The notes under the pieces: generated by a model | Told to the model about the DNA's origin: nothing | Databases searched by the model: none | Seen by the model: only the letters and a program-made list of their open reading frames with translations | Shown: positions 9,204-19,246 of the stretch, piece by piece | Layout: every line of letters starts with the position of its first letter | Numbering within the stretch: the first letter of the stretch is position 1 | Position numbers and translations under genes: made by a program | NCBI GenBank assembly: GCA_964348415.1 | Contig: CAYGCR010000010.1 | Location: forward strand, 2,385-66,384 | Direction of reading: 5' to 3' | DNA from: an uncultured Ignavibacteria bacterium | Lineage (GTDB): Bacteria > Zixibacteria > MSB-5A5 > SM1-73 | Length of the DNA stretch: 64,000 bases

Positions 9204-12200
9204 TTATCTTCTAATCTTCTCTTCAGAAAGAGCTTTGAAATATTCCTTTATCAATTGCTCGTATTGCTTCGGATAGGCTTCCTGCATGAATTTCGAAAGA
9301 TCGTCTTTGGCTGATTCCTGTTTCTCGATTTCCTCGGGTCTAAGCTGTCTGGGGCTTGCCCGCACTACATCCTCTCCAACCTCCGCTCTTCTCTGTTTGG
9401 AGTAATCTCGCTCTCTCATTGATTTTTCCGCATCCAGCAGGCGGGAAAGTATCTTTTTTTGACGGTCGATGGTGGACTGATCCACCTGCATTCTCTCCAA
9501 ATCACCAGCCACTTTCTTCATCTCCTCGCCCAACTCATCCAGACGCCCCATGATCTCAGAACGATTCCCCAACTCGCCTTCCAGCTCGGAGAGCGCCTTC
9601 CTGACCGCCTCCTGCTCGGCAGCCAGCCTCTGCAGTGCGGCCTGCTGAGAGAGACTGAGCTGCATTCCCTGACCATCGCACTGTCCCAATTGCTCGGTTT
9701 CCATATTTATGCCGCTTTGCTGGTTGCACATGCCTTGCAGCTTTTCGAACGCCTGCTCCATTCCTGAACCGCTGCAGGATTTCTCGGCGTTCTTCATCGC
9801 CTGCATCAGCTTTCGGGCGGTGACGTTCAAATCGTAAATGGCCTCCCTCTGTTCATCCTGAGCGATGGACTTCTTTCTCTCATCCAGCCTCTTGGTGGCT
9901 TCCTCCATACTGGCCACCGACAGAGCCATAAACCTTAACACATCTGGACTGAGGAAAATCGTCAAATGCGATATTGCCTCCAAATCCTCGGAAATCCTCA
10001 GTCCGGCCGATTTAAGATTCTGCTGATCATGTGCCACCTCCCGCAAGGCCATATCCCGTCTTCCCATCGGCTCGAGCCAGCCAAATAGTTTCTCCTGATT
10101 GTCGGACAGCGAAAACACATCGTGGAGAGATTTTCTGATAGCCTGCAGTATTTCCTCTTTCTGTCCGCTAAGCATCTCCTCCTGAGCGGTTTTGAGCTTG
10201 TCCGCCATCTGTTGCAGTTTTCCGGAGCAGGACTTTCCGGATTTCAGAGCGCCGCTTTTGTCGAGATTGGAGAGCTGCGAAATCATCTGATTCATGTCCC
10301 CTTTCAGCCCGGACTGTTCAGGCATATCGGACAGCTCCTTAAGTTGCTCGCCGGACAGTAGAGAAAGGTCGGCGGCAAGCTGGGCAAATTCCTTCAGCCT
10401 TTTTTCGAACTCGCTTACATTCTCCTGGAGCTTCGTCTCCTCGGGGGCCAGCCGATCCAGCTTCTCTTTGGGCGATGCTTCGGTGCTCTGATTAACTTGG
10501 TTTTGCCGCTCCAGCATCCGTTCCGCCATTTTTATCAAGTTGCTTAGCCTTTGTTCTGCCTGCAGCCGTTTCAAAAGGGATATGGTTCTATCCAGCCTCT
10601 TAAGCATCTCCTCGGAGGATATCTGCATCTTCTTCATGGCTTCCTTGAGCTGCTCCGGATCCATATTTTTCAGAGCCTCGGCTAACTGGCGCATGGCCTC
10701 CTTCATTTCGGGAGTGGCGACCTGTTCCATCAGCTTTTTTATCTCCATCATCTTTTCCACCATCTCCAGGGCGGCCAGTTTGTTCTCCTCGATCTTCCGG
10801 ATGTTTTCATCCATTCGCTGGGCCAGTTCTTTCATGTCCTGGGCCAGCTTTTGCTGCCTGTCCAACGCGTCCTCCAGCTCCTGCTTTTTCTGCCAGTCCA
10901 TATCCAATCCGGTGTACCGGTTCATCTCCTGGGACAGATCTTCGATCTTTTTCTTAAGCTCCCTCTGGCCTCGGAGGACCGTCTCCAGATCCACGATCTG
11001 CCCCTGTTGTTCTTTTTCCACCTCGGCGATTATCTCGACCAGCGAGGGAAGTCTGAGATAATACGACTGGCTTTCTGCCTTCTTGGGCCCAGAGAAGGAG
11101 TCGTTATCGTACACAACTGCCCGGTATCGTACCAGGTCTCCCGGCATCAACGGCAGATTGGAGAGATTCCACAGATATTCCACGTTCAGCTCCGCCTGGT
11201 TGCTGTACGGGATGTCGATGTTTAAGCTTTTCTCTTCCCCTTCGACTCCTTCGGAGATGATCTGATATACAAGTTTGAGTCGGGAGAACCCGTAATCGTC
11301 GGTGATGCGGACAAGCAGACCAGCTCGCATGCTCTCGGTCAAATCCGCATCATACCCGGGTTCGAGAATCTCCACAAGAGGGAACTGGTCGTCTATCTTG
11401 GTGATTTTATATTCGATGGGGTCCTGGTTCTGGTTTCCGCTTCTGTCTTGGAGCTGGATGAAATATGAATCGTCCTTTTCGACCAGGATCTCGCCCAGTG
11501 CCACGTTCCGTTCGATCTTTGCTCCCTTTCTGGTGGAGTCGGAGAAGACTATCTCCGCCTTGGCTAATTCTTTGTTAGCCCGCGCTTCGATCCTGACCTT
11601 AGTGCCTCCCAATGCGGTGATATTGCCGTCGTTTTCGTCAACAACCTGAGTTTTAAGCTGGGTATATCGGGGATAGACAAAGGTCAACCTCAAGCCCACC
11701 ACCCGGGGTTTGTCAACAACGGTTATTTCGTACCGTTCGCTTTCCACCCCTTTGGCTTGGGCGTAATACTCGAAATTCCTCTTGACCTCCTTGAAGTGAT
11801 AACTGAAGTCAGGTTCTGCTCTTGGCGTCTCCTCACCCTTATGCCCGCTTGCTTTGGCGCTCAGAGTCAACTTCTCCTTGTTCCAGGTGGACCCCTGGTT
11901 CCTCCAGAGAAGGTCGACTCGCTTAGGCTTCTCTCCTTCCACGTTGATCTTTATTCTCACGTCCGAGTACTTGGCCACTTCTTTGTTTCCCGGAGAGACT
12001 ACAAAGAAGAACTTCTGGGGTGAGACAAATTCGGTCAGCGGGTGAGAAAAGATGTAAAGCGAATTTTTGAATATCCCTGGAAAGATCAAGGCGAAGACCA
12101 ACGAGAACACAGCCAGTCCTGCCACCACCCTAAAGATTTTTTTTATCGACCCTGTCTCTACGATCTCCCTGAGATTAAGGCCGGCTGACACCGAATCTGC

Positions 12201-12608
12201 CTGTTGAATCACCGCCAAAATCATATCCGTGGAGTAGCCTTCAGGATTCTCCTCCAGATTCCTGGAGAGCTGCAGGGCCCCTATCAGGCGATTGGCAAGT
12301 TCAGGAAATCTCTCCTCTACTTTCACGGCCAAACTCTGGAGGCTGGGCTTGTGCACAAGGGGCCGCACACACAGATGCGAGAAGATGGTCACCAGAACCA
12401 AGGCTGACATGCCCAAATAGGTAACCCTTACGCCAACCGGAAACACGAACAGGGAATTCAGCCACAGACCCAGAAACGCCAGTCCCAGAGCAAAGGAAAA
12501 GAAGATCAACATTCCGTGAAGGCTTTTGTGCTTCACATAAGAGCTTCGCAAGGACTTCAGACGGTCTACAAGATGGCCGTAGGCCCTCGGATTGCTATCG
12601 TTCTGCAT
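9204..12608 (-). CDS. DUF4175-like membrane-anchored long coiled-coil protein
   Basis: N-terminal TM segments, YPRYT, DDYG and DNDSFSGPK motifs, long Q/E-rich coiled coil, C-terminal YEQLIKEYFKAL. Confidence 0.8.
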   Translation of the reverse strand: MQNDSNPRAYGHLVDRLKSLRSSYVKHKSLHGMLIFFSFALGLAFLGLWLNSLFVFPVGVRVTYLGMSALVLVTIFSHLCVRPLVHKPSLQSLAVKVEERFPELANRLIGALQLSRNLEENPEGYSTDMILAVIQQADSVSAGLNLREIVETGSIKKIFRVVAGLAVFSLVFALIFPGIFKNSLYIFSHPLTEFVSPQKFFFVVSPGNKEVAKYSDVRIKINVEGEKPKRVDLLWRNQGSTWNKEKLTLSAKASGHKGEETPRAEPDFSYHFKEVKRNFEYYAQAKGVESERYEITVVDKPRVVGLRLTFVYPRYTQLKTQVVDENDGNITALGGTKVRIEARANKELAKAEIVFSDSTRKGAKIERNVALGEILVEKDDSYFIQLQDRSGNQNQDPIEYKITKIDDQFPLVEILEPGYDADLTESMRAGLLVRITDDYGFSRLKLVYQIISEGVEGEEKSLNIDIPYSNQAELNVEYLWNLSNLPLMPGDLVRYRAVVYDNDSFSGPKKAESQSYYLRLPSLVEIIAEVEKEQQGQIVDLETVLRGQRELKKKIEDLSQEMNRYTGLDMDWQKKQELEDALDRQQKLAQDMKELAQRMDENIRKIEENKLAALEMVEKMMEIKKLMEQVATPEMKEAMRQLAEALKNMDPEQLKEAMKKMQISSEEMLKRLDRTISLLKRLQAEQRLSNLIKMAERMLERQNQVNQSTEASPKEKLDRLAPEETKLQENVSEFEKRLKEFAQLAADLSLLSGEQLKELSDMPEQSGLKGDMNQMISQLSNLDKSGALKSGKSCSGKLQQMADKLKTAQEEMLSGQKEEILQAIRKSLHDVFSLSDNQEKLFGWLEPMGRRDMALREVAHDQQNLKSAGLRISEDLEAISHLTIFLSPDVLRFMALSVASMEEATKRLDERKKSIAQDEQREAIYDLNVTARKLMQAMKNAEKSCSGSGMEQAFEKLQGMCNQQSGINMETEQLGQCDGQGMQLSLSQQAALQRLAAEQEAVRKALSELEGELGNRSEIMGRLDELGEEMKKVAGDLERMQVDQSTIDRQKKILSRLLDAEKSMRERDYSKQRRAEVGEDVVRASPRQLRPEEIEKQESAKDDLSKFMQEAYPKQYEQLIKEYFKALSEEKIRR

Positions 12609-12644
12609 GGTTTTTTGTCCTTCGGTAATCTCAAAAACGCAAGT

Positions 12645-13334
12645 TTAGTTTTCTAGAGCCCAGGTGATAATGTTCACTCCCATCTTTAAAGCGGCTTCGC
12701 GCTTCTCCGGAGGATCGTTGTGTACCTGGGGATCCTCCCATCCATCACCTATATCGGACTCGTAGACGAAAAACACGATCATTCTCCCTTCGTGAAAGAT
12801 GCCAAACCCCTGAGGCGGTTTCTCGTCGTGCTTGTGTATCTTGGGCAGACCGTTGGGAAAATCATAATAACAGTGATAGATTCCGTGCCCAAAGGGCAGT
12901 TCCACCAGATCCTTGTCCGGGAAAAGCCTTTTCATCTCGCGAAAGAAAGCATCCTTCAGGCCGTAGGAATCATTGGCGAAAAGGAAACCGCCGTGGGTGA
13001 GGTAGTTTCTCAACCTCTCCAATTCCTGATCGGTGAATCTCACGTTTCCGTGCCCGGTCATGAACAGGAAAGGATAGGAGAAGAGTTCCTCGTCCATCAC
13101 GGAAACCCGCACTTCCTCCTCTTTGACCGGTATGTTGGTGTTCTCCTTTAAGAACTTCAGCATGTTGGGGATGGCAGACGATCCCCAGTACCAATCACCT
13201 CCGCCTCCATACTTGAGCCGGGCAATGGTGAAGGCAGAGGGATGTGTGGGCGCGCGGGGTCTCTCAGTTTGTGCGAAAGCCAGTGAACCCACAGCCAAAA
13301 GTGCTAAAAGAAGCCCGAACCTCTTCATCTTCAT
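12645..13334 (-). CDS. DUF4159 domain protein
   Basis: IARLKYGGGGDWY, YPFLFMTGHG and GDGWED...ALKMGVNI motifs; signal peptide. Confidence 0.9.
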   Translation of the reverse strand: MKMKRFGLLLALLAVGSLAFAQTERPRAPTHPSAFTIARLKYGGGGDWYWGSSAIPNMLKFLKENTNIPVKEEEVRVSVMDEELFSYPFLFMTGHGNVRFTDQELERLRNYLTHGGFLFANDSYGLKDAFFREMKRLFPDKDLVELPFGHGIYHCYYDFPNGLPKIHKHDEKPPQGFGIFHEGRMIVFFVYESDIGDGWEDPQVHNDPPEKREAALKMGVNIITWALEN

Positions 13335-13592
13335 ATAAATTATACAATCGAGGGTTTCAGGATGTTTGCTGACTCTGACGGCAACATACGGCAAATGTCC
13401 TCAAAATCAACAAAAAACTCCTGGAGAGTTCCCGGGCGTTTGTGAGATTCGGCGGGGAGGGATCAGTCGTTCGACAAGGTATCCCGAAGAATCTTAAGAG
13501 AGGCTGAAAAAACTGCAACAAAATAGAGGTTTGGGCGTACAAATAGATGTTTGTAGATATGTATATCAACCTTTTCCTTGCCGAGGCTGAAA

Positions 13593-13916
13593 ATGACAAA
13601 GTGCGAGGATTTCTTTAGAGCCCTTTCTGATCAGACACGGCAGACTATACTTAAGATGCTAGAACGAAAAGAAATGTGCGTGTGTGAAATACTCCAGGCT
13701 TTTGAGGTGTCGCAGCCGACTATATCTCATCACCTGGATATCCTGAAGAGAGCTGGGCTAATAGAGTCGAAGCGGAAGGGACAGAACATCTACTACTCCC
13801 TGAATAAACATTGGTTCAGGGAGTGCTGCAGCGATTTCCTTTCCACGTTTGAATGCTGCGCGGATCTGGCACAAGCCCACAAAATCAAGAAGAGAGCGGA
13901 AGAAGCGAAGCGTTGA
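13593..13916 (+). CDS. arsR: ArsR/SmtB metalloregulator
   Basis: FRALSDQTR, EMCVCEI, SQPTISHHL motifs, C-terminal CC pairs; adjacent to arsM. Confidence 0.9.
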   Translation: MTKCEDFFRALSDQTRQTILKMLERKEMCVCEILQAFEVSQPTISHHLDILKRAGLIESKRKGQNIYYSLNKHWFRECCSDFLSTFECCADLAQAHKIKKRAEEAKR

Positions 13917-13941
13917 GCTCACAGAAAAACGGAGGTGAATA

Positions 13942-14742
13942 ATGCTGGATAAGGAGAAAACCAACGAAATCGTAAGAGAGGCCTACGCCAAAGCTGCTCA
14001 AAGGCAGAAGAGTTGTGGGTGCTGCGGACCTGACACGGCAGAATATGCCAAATCCATTGGCTATACTGCCGAGGAACTCCAGCGGGTTCCAGAGGAGTCA
14101 AATCTGGCTCTGGGCTGCGGAAATCCGACTGCTCTGGCTGCACTCAAAGAAGGCGAGGTTGTGCTGGACCTTGGCTCGGGAGCGGGATTTGATTGCTTTT
14201 TGGCCGCGAGTAAGGTCGGGCCGAAGGGGAAGGTCATCGGAGTTGATATGACGCCCCAAATGGTAGAAAAAGCAACCGAAAATGCGAAAAAGAATAGTAT
14301 CGAAAATGTCGAGTTCAGGCCAGGGGAGATCGAAGATTTGCCCGTGGAGGATAGCTCGGTGGACGTGGTGATCAGCAATTGCGTGATCAACCTCTCGGCT
14401 GACAAGCCCAGAGTTTTCGCGGAAATCAACAGGGTGCTGAAGCCGGGCGGCAGGGTGGCCATCTCCGATTTGGCTCTGTTGAAAGAGCTTCCTCAAGAGG
14501 TGCGAGAGAGCGCGGAAGCATACGCGAACTGTATCGCAGGGGCAATACTTCTGGACGAGTATCGGAGATTGGTTGAGAACTCAGGATTGGAACACGTAGA
14601 GGTGAAGACGAAGGGCTCTTCGCTTTGTGTCAACCCGGATACCACAGATCCCCTGGCCCGGGCGATTCTGGATGGCCTGGAACCAGGCGAATCATTGGAC
14701 GGCTATGTAGTCAGTGTCTATGTAGAGGCACGCAAGGGATGA
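13942..14742 (+). CDS. arsM: Arsenite S-adenosylmethionine methyltransferase
   Basis: CGCCG, LGCGNP, VLDLGSGAGFD, SNCVINL and CIAGA motifs. Confidence 0.92.
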   Translation: MLDKEKTNEIVREAYAKAAQRQKSCGCCGPDTAEYAKSIGYTAEELQRVPEESNLALGCGNPTALAALKEGEVVLDLGSGAGFDCFLAASKVGPKGKVIGVDMTPQMVEKATENAKKNSIENVEFRPGEIEDLPVEDSSVDVVISNCVINLSADKPRVFAEINRVLKPGGRVAISDLALLKELPQEVRESAEAYANCIAGAILLDEYRRLVENSGLEHVEVKTKGSSLCVNPDTTDPLARAILDGLEPGESLDGYVVSVYVEARKG

Positions 14743-14836
14743 TGCGGCCCGGAGTCTTCCGACTGCAACGTATGCCTCGGCCCCTTGCCATAACAGTGAG
14801 AGACCCCCGGGGAATGGATCTCATAAGCTTGGCCTT

Positions 14837-14861
14837 GTAGCGTCCAACCTTGTCTCGGACG
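14837..14861 (+). repeat. GTAG-foot REP
   Basis: Near-identical to 5855-5879. Confidence 0.6.
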
Positions 14862-14885
14862 AATGATCTTTGCTTTTAGGTACAC

Positions 14886-14915
14886 AAAAAAACCGCCCAG
14901 ATAACGGCGGTTTTT
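14886..14915. terminator. Bidirectional intrinsic terminator
   Basis: A-tract, accgcc-cagataac-ggcggt, T-tract, between convergent arsM and secF. Confidence 0.75.
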
Positions 14916-14935
14916 ACAATCTTATATAATCCTGC

Positions 14936-15859
14936 CTATTTGAATCTCTTGGGTGCTCTCCTCTCCCATTCAACGATTATGGGGCTGGCCACGAACACGG
15001 AGGAGTAGCTTCCTATTATTATCCCCAACATCAACGCCAGGGCAAAATCGTGCACCACCTCTCCGCCCACCAGAAAGAGGGTGAAAACCACCGAAAAGGT
15101 GGTAAGGGAGGTAATGATGGTTCTGCTTAAGACCTCGTTGATGCTGGCATTTATGGTGCTGGCAAAGTCGCCTTTCTTTCGGAAGAGCTTCAGATTCTCC
15201 CTGATCCGATCATACACCACCACCGTGTCTGTGAGCGAGTACCCGGCCAAGGTTAAAAGCGCGGTGACGATCAGCAGGCTAATTTCCCTCTGGAGTATGA
15301 ACATAAGTCCCAGAACCACCAGCACATCATGAAATGTGCAGATGGTGGCAGCGACCCCAAACCTGAAATCGAATCTTATCCAGATGTATATAAGAATTCC
15401 AGCCAGGGCGATCAGGACCGCCCAGCGGGCTTGTCTCTGAAGGGTTTTTCCCACTGCCGGGCCGATTCCGTCCACGGAGTCCATGTTGAACTGGTTCTCC
15501 GGGAACTCGTTGGACAACACGCCTAAAATGTCCTGGGATATCCGGGTGACTTCTTCGTCGGTGGTAGTTTTGACTCTGACCAGAAAATAGTTGGCCTTCT
15601 CCCGGCGGAGGGATTGGATGAAGGCGTCGTCATATCCGTTTCTGCTCAGAGCTGATCTGAGATCGCCAATGTCCAAAGGCTTCTCGAAAAAGCCCTGTAT
15701 CATGGTGCCCCCTGCGAAGTCTATCCCCAGATCGGCTCTGCCCAAGAATATGGCTATGAAAGCCGCTACTCCAAAAATCAGCAGGATAGCGGAGACACCG
15801 AAGGCGTACCGTCTTTTGCCCATGAAGTCAATATTCGTCTTTTTCAGGATCTGAAACAT
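14936..15859 (-). CDS. secF: Protein translocase subunit SecF
   Basis: LGIDFAGGT, GYSLTDTVVVYDRIREN and LSRTIITS motifs. Confidence 0.96.
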   Translation of the reverse strand: MFQILKKTNIDFMGKRRYAFGVSAILLIFGVAAFIAIFLGRADLGIDFAGGTMIQGFFEKPLDIGDLRSALSRNGYDDAFIQSLRREKANYFLVRVKTTTDEEVTRISQDILGVLSNEFPENQFNMDSVDGIGPAVGKTLQRQARWAVLIALAGILIYIWIRFDFRFGVAATICTFHDVLVVLGLMFILQREISLLIVTALLTLAGYSLTDTVVVYDRIRENLKLFRKKGDFASTINASINEVLSRTIITSLTTFSVVFTLFLVGGEVVHDFALALMLGIIIGSYSSVFVASPIIVEWERRAPKRFK

Positions 15860-15877
15860 CTTCAGATACTCCCAGAG

Positions 15878-17566
15878 TTATATGCTCAAGGTGCGATATG
15901 CTTTTCTGATGTCGAATATGACCCGGGTGATCACCACCGCGGTGAACAAGCTTATGGCCACGCCCAGGCTCAAAGAAACGGCGAATCCCTTGACTGGACC
16001 AGTCCCGAACTGGAACAGAACGGCCGCGGTTATCAAGGTGGTTACGTGAGAGTCAACGATGGCATAAAGCGCCCTTTTGTAACCGGCGTCGATGGCGGCC
16101 CGGACGGTCTTTCCAGTTCTCAGCTCCTCCCGGATACGTTCAAAGATCAGGACGTTGGCATCAACGGACATTCCGATAGTAAGTATGATGCCGGCGATTC
16201 CGGGCAAGGTCAGGGTGGCGTGAAGTGCCGCCATGGCTGCCAAGAGATAGATCAGATTGAAAATCACGGCGATGCCCGCGATTATGCCAGAGAGCCTGTA
16301 GTAGAACGCCATGAACACCAAAACCAGCAAAAACCCGATCATAGCTGCGGTGGTGCCCTTGCTGATGGAATCTTGTCCCAAAGAAGGTCCGATCACCCGG
16401 TTTTCGATTATTTTGACCGGCGCGGGAAGTGCACCCGCTCTCAGCACAATGGAAAGGTCCGTGGCGTCCTCAATGGTTGCCATCCCGCCCATCTCAATCA
16501 CCCCCCGGTCCCTGATCTTGGATCGAATAATAGGAGCCGACTCCACTCTACCATCAAGGGTAATGGCTAAGGGTTTGTCTATGTTGGCACCGGTGACGCG
16601 GGAAAAAATCCTTCCGCCTTTCTTGGTGAGGGTGAACTGTACCTCAGGCTTTCGGAACTGGTCGTACGATGGTCTGGCATCCACCAGATATTTGCCCGAA
16701 AGCTCCATCCGCTTCTTCAACAGGTAAAGTGCCCAGTACTCCCGATTCTGAAAAGTCTCCGTTCGGGTCGACCAGGCGAACTCGTCGTCCTTGGGGATAA
16801 GTTCCTGTATTTCGGGTTTGCGGAGCAGAAGCTCCACCTTGGGCTTATCTTCCTGTAGCACAAAGAAACTGGTTCTTCCCTGATAGGATTCCAGATATTG
16901 AGTGAAGGGCCTCTCTTCGTAATAGGGTTCCTCTTCCTCCTCCAGAAAGCCGGTGGTATCTTCGGAGGTATCCGGCTCCTCCTCCGCCTCCGCGAAAAGG
17001 TCTTTGACCACGTCTTTTTCAGGCTGCTCCTCCTTCTCTTCCGGAACTTCAGCCTCCTCTTCGATTATAGTGGTTTCCGCCTGGGCCAGCACCTCGTCTA
17101 TTTTCTTCAAGATAGACGTGGTGTTATCGGGCGTCTCCAGCAACTTGAATTCAAGCTGGGCGGTTTGCCCTATCAGGGCCTGAGCTCTCTCCACGTCCTG
17201 AAGCCCGGGCAACTCCACCACGATTCTGTCTCCGCCCTGCTTGTGTATCAATGGTTCGGCTATCCCGAACTGATCCACCCGGTTACGGATGATCTCCAGA
17301 GCCCTCTCCGATGCGTCCCTTCTCTCGTTTTCGCTGAGCTTGGATTGATCCACCTGCAGAACCACGTGCATTCCCCCTTTTAGATCCAGGCCCAGCTTGA
17401 TGGCCTTTTTCTCCAGGTCGATCAGATCCTGAGGCTCGGTGGTGCGGATCTCTTCCTTGTCTGCTTCGGACATGCTCCACAGATTGATGCTGGGGTAAAG
17501 AGCGTAGAAAGAGGCGAGGATAAAAAAGGAGATCAAAAGTATAAGATAAAGTCGCGATCGTCTCAT
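15878..17566 (-). CDS. secD: Protein translocase subunit SecD
   Basis: LGLDLKGG, LRAGALPAP and GMSVDANVLIFERIREE motifs. Confidence 0.96.
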   Translation of the reverse strand: MRRSRLYLILLISFFILASFYALYPSINLWSMSEADKEEIRTTEPQDLIDLEKKAIKLGLDLKGGMHVVLQVDQSKLSENERRDASERALEIIRNRVDQFGIAEPLIHKQGGDRIVVELPGLQDVERAQALIGQTAQLEFKLLETPDNTTSILKKIDEVLAQAETTIIEEEAEVPEEKEEQPEKDVVKDLFAEAEEEPDTSEDTTGFLEEEEEPYYEERPFTQYLESYQGRTSFFVLQEDKPKVELLLRKPEIQELIPKDDEFAWSTRTETFQNREYWALYLLKKRMELSGKYLVDARPSYDQFRKPEVQFTLTKKGGRIFSRVTGANIDKPLAITLDGRVESAPIIRSKIRDRGVIEMGGMATIEDATDLSIVLRAGALPAPVKIIENRVIGPSLGQDSISKGTTAAMIGFLLVLVFMAFYYRLSGIIAGIAVIFNLIYLLAAMAALHATLTLPGIAGIILTIGMSVDANVLIFERIREELRTGKTVRAAIDAGYKRALYAIVDSHVTTLITAAVLFQFGTGPVKGFAVSLSLGVAISLFTAVVITRVIFDIRKAYRTLSI

Positions 17567-17611
17567 TCTGCCTTTCTCCTGACGTAATTGCCGGAAAAAT
17601 TACAAAACCCA

Positions 17612-17675
17612 AATATATACCGTAATTACCACTTGTCAAGAATTACCTTGACAATTTTTTGCCCGCTACTAATAT
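17612..17675. promoter_or_regulatory. Back-to-back divergent sigma70 promoters
   Basis: ttgtcaag-aattac-cttgacaa gives TTGACA on both strands, each with a TAWAWT box 16 nt downstream. Confidence 0.5.
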
Positions 17676-17728
17676 ACGCAAATTACGTCCGTTCATATCC
17701 AGTGAACGCTATTCTTCCGGAGGATAAC

Positions 17729-19045
17729 ATGTCTGCAAGACTTGGATTGCTCTTTTTGCTTTCACTCTCGCTTTTGTCACCGGTGGTTCAGGCCCAAAAG
17801 CTGGAAAGCAAAGCCCAGGCATACACCCTTCCCAACGGCATGCAGGTGATTCTGGTCGAAAAACATGCCAATCCCATGATCGCCTGCATGATCTACGTGA
17901 ACGCGGGGAGCAAATATGAGACCGACGCGAACAACGGAGTCACCCATCTTCTGGAACACCTGCTTTTTGATGGGACCCAGAGCAAAAGCAGGGAGGATAT
18001 AACCGAGGGGATCAAAGCCAAGGGGGGATACATCAACGCCTTCACCGGCAAGGAGGTCACCTGCTATATGGTCTTGATGCCCAGTGAGTTCATCCAGACC
18101 GGGCTGGCGGTCCAGTCGGACATGCTCTTCAATTCCGTTATCCCTGATACTGAACTGGCCAAGGAGAGAAAGGTGGTAATCGAGGAGATCAAAAAGAGTG
18201 AGGATAACGTCGACTATCAGGTGGAGAAGTTCTTCGACTCCACCGCTTACCGGGGGACTCCTTACGTTCGGACGGTGCTGGGAAGTGAGGAGATAATCTC
18301 GACCATACCCAAAGAGAGGATATTTGAATATTATCACACCTATTACAAACCGAATAACATGATGGCACTGGTCATCGGCGATTTTGAGCCTCAGAGAATG
18401 AAGGAATTGATCGAGAAATACTACGGAGCCGTGGGTAAAAGCCAGCTTCCTTCGCAGGTGCAGATTGCATTCACACAACCGGCGGATCGCAAGGTGGCAT
18501 ATAGAAAGGTGAACAGTCGAAGCACTTACGTGAATCTGTGCCTGAATGCTCCCAGATATGACGATCCAGACTACTATGCGGTCGATATGCTTACGGAGAT
18601 TCTTGATATGGGGGAAACCTCTCCTCTGAAGCAGGCTTTGACCAGTGGAGATGACCCATTGGCCGTCGACGTTTCAGCCTCTCTGGAGACGCAAAAAGAG
18701 TTTTCCAGCTTGAACGTCTCAATTATCACGGACTCACCTAAGAAGGTCACTTCGATTCTGGAAACCACGGTGAACGTGCTGCAGGAATTGGCTTCAAAAC
18801 CTCCGGAGGAGAAACAACTGCAAGGAGTGATCGTTTCATCCAAAACCCATCGCTACTATCAGGAGGAGAAGCTTCACTTCTACGGGATGATGGCCGCGCC
18901 GTTTCTGGTCACCTGTGGATGGGAATGGTGGGATTCGTATGTTGACAATTTAGAGAAGCTTACTCCCCAGTCGGTTCAAAGAGCGGCGCAGAAATATCTT
19001 TCTGATCCGAAGTATATTGCCACGGTGGTAACGCCCAAAGAGTAG
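17729..19045 (+). CDS. M16 (pitrilysin-family) zinc peptidase, catalytic subunit
   Basis: HLLEH (HxxEH) and INAFT motifs; signal peptide; GGAGG RBS. Confidence 0.92.
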   Translation: MSARLGLLFLLSLSLLSPVVQAQKLESKAQAYTLPNGMQVILVEKHANPMIACMIYVNAGSKYETDANNGVTHLLEHLLFDGTQSKSREDITEGIKAKGGYINAFTGKEVTCYMVLMPSEFIQTGLAVQSDMLFNSVIPDTELAKERKVVIEEIKKSEDNVDYQVEKFFDSTAYRGTPYVRTVLGSEEIISTIPKERIFEYYHTYYKPNNMMALVIGDFEPQRMKELIEKYYGAVGKSQLPSQVQIAFTQPADRKVAYRKVNSRSTYVNLCLNAPRYDDPDYYAVDMLTEILDMGETSPLKQALTSGDDPLAVDVSASLETQKEFSSLNVSIITDSPKKVTSILETTVNVLQELASKPPEEKQLQGVIVSSKTHRYYQEEKLHFYGMMAAPFLVTCGWEWWDSYVDNLEKLTPQSVQRAAQKYLSDPKYIATVVTPKE

Positions 19046-19064
19046 GGGAGAATACTGGGGGAAT

Positions 19065-19230
19065 CTGGAGTGTCCAGCCCCGCCAAGGCGGGATCTTCGA
19101 TTTTGGCTGGACCAAGGAGGATGGGGGTGCCCAGAGATGGAGCTTTTCTCGGTCGTATAACTAAGAAAGGACAGCCGCAAGGGCGATCCGTACGGCTGTC
19201 TAACATGCCCAATGAATTGGACAACTGCAG
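19065..19230. repeat. REP cluster (GGAG-foot REP with nested insert, GTAG-type REP, degenerate inverted arm)
   Basis: ctggagtgtccagccccgccaaggcgggatcttcgattttggctggacc matches the reverse complement of 8750-8798 with compensatory changes. Confidence 0.65.
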
Positions 19231-19246
19231 CAAGCGGAGGGAGGAC

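Noticed and set aside
13942..14742. Selenocysteine recoding in ArsM or elsewhere
   Set aside because: The relevant Cys positions use ordinary Cys codons; I found no in-frame TGA-split gene.
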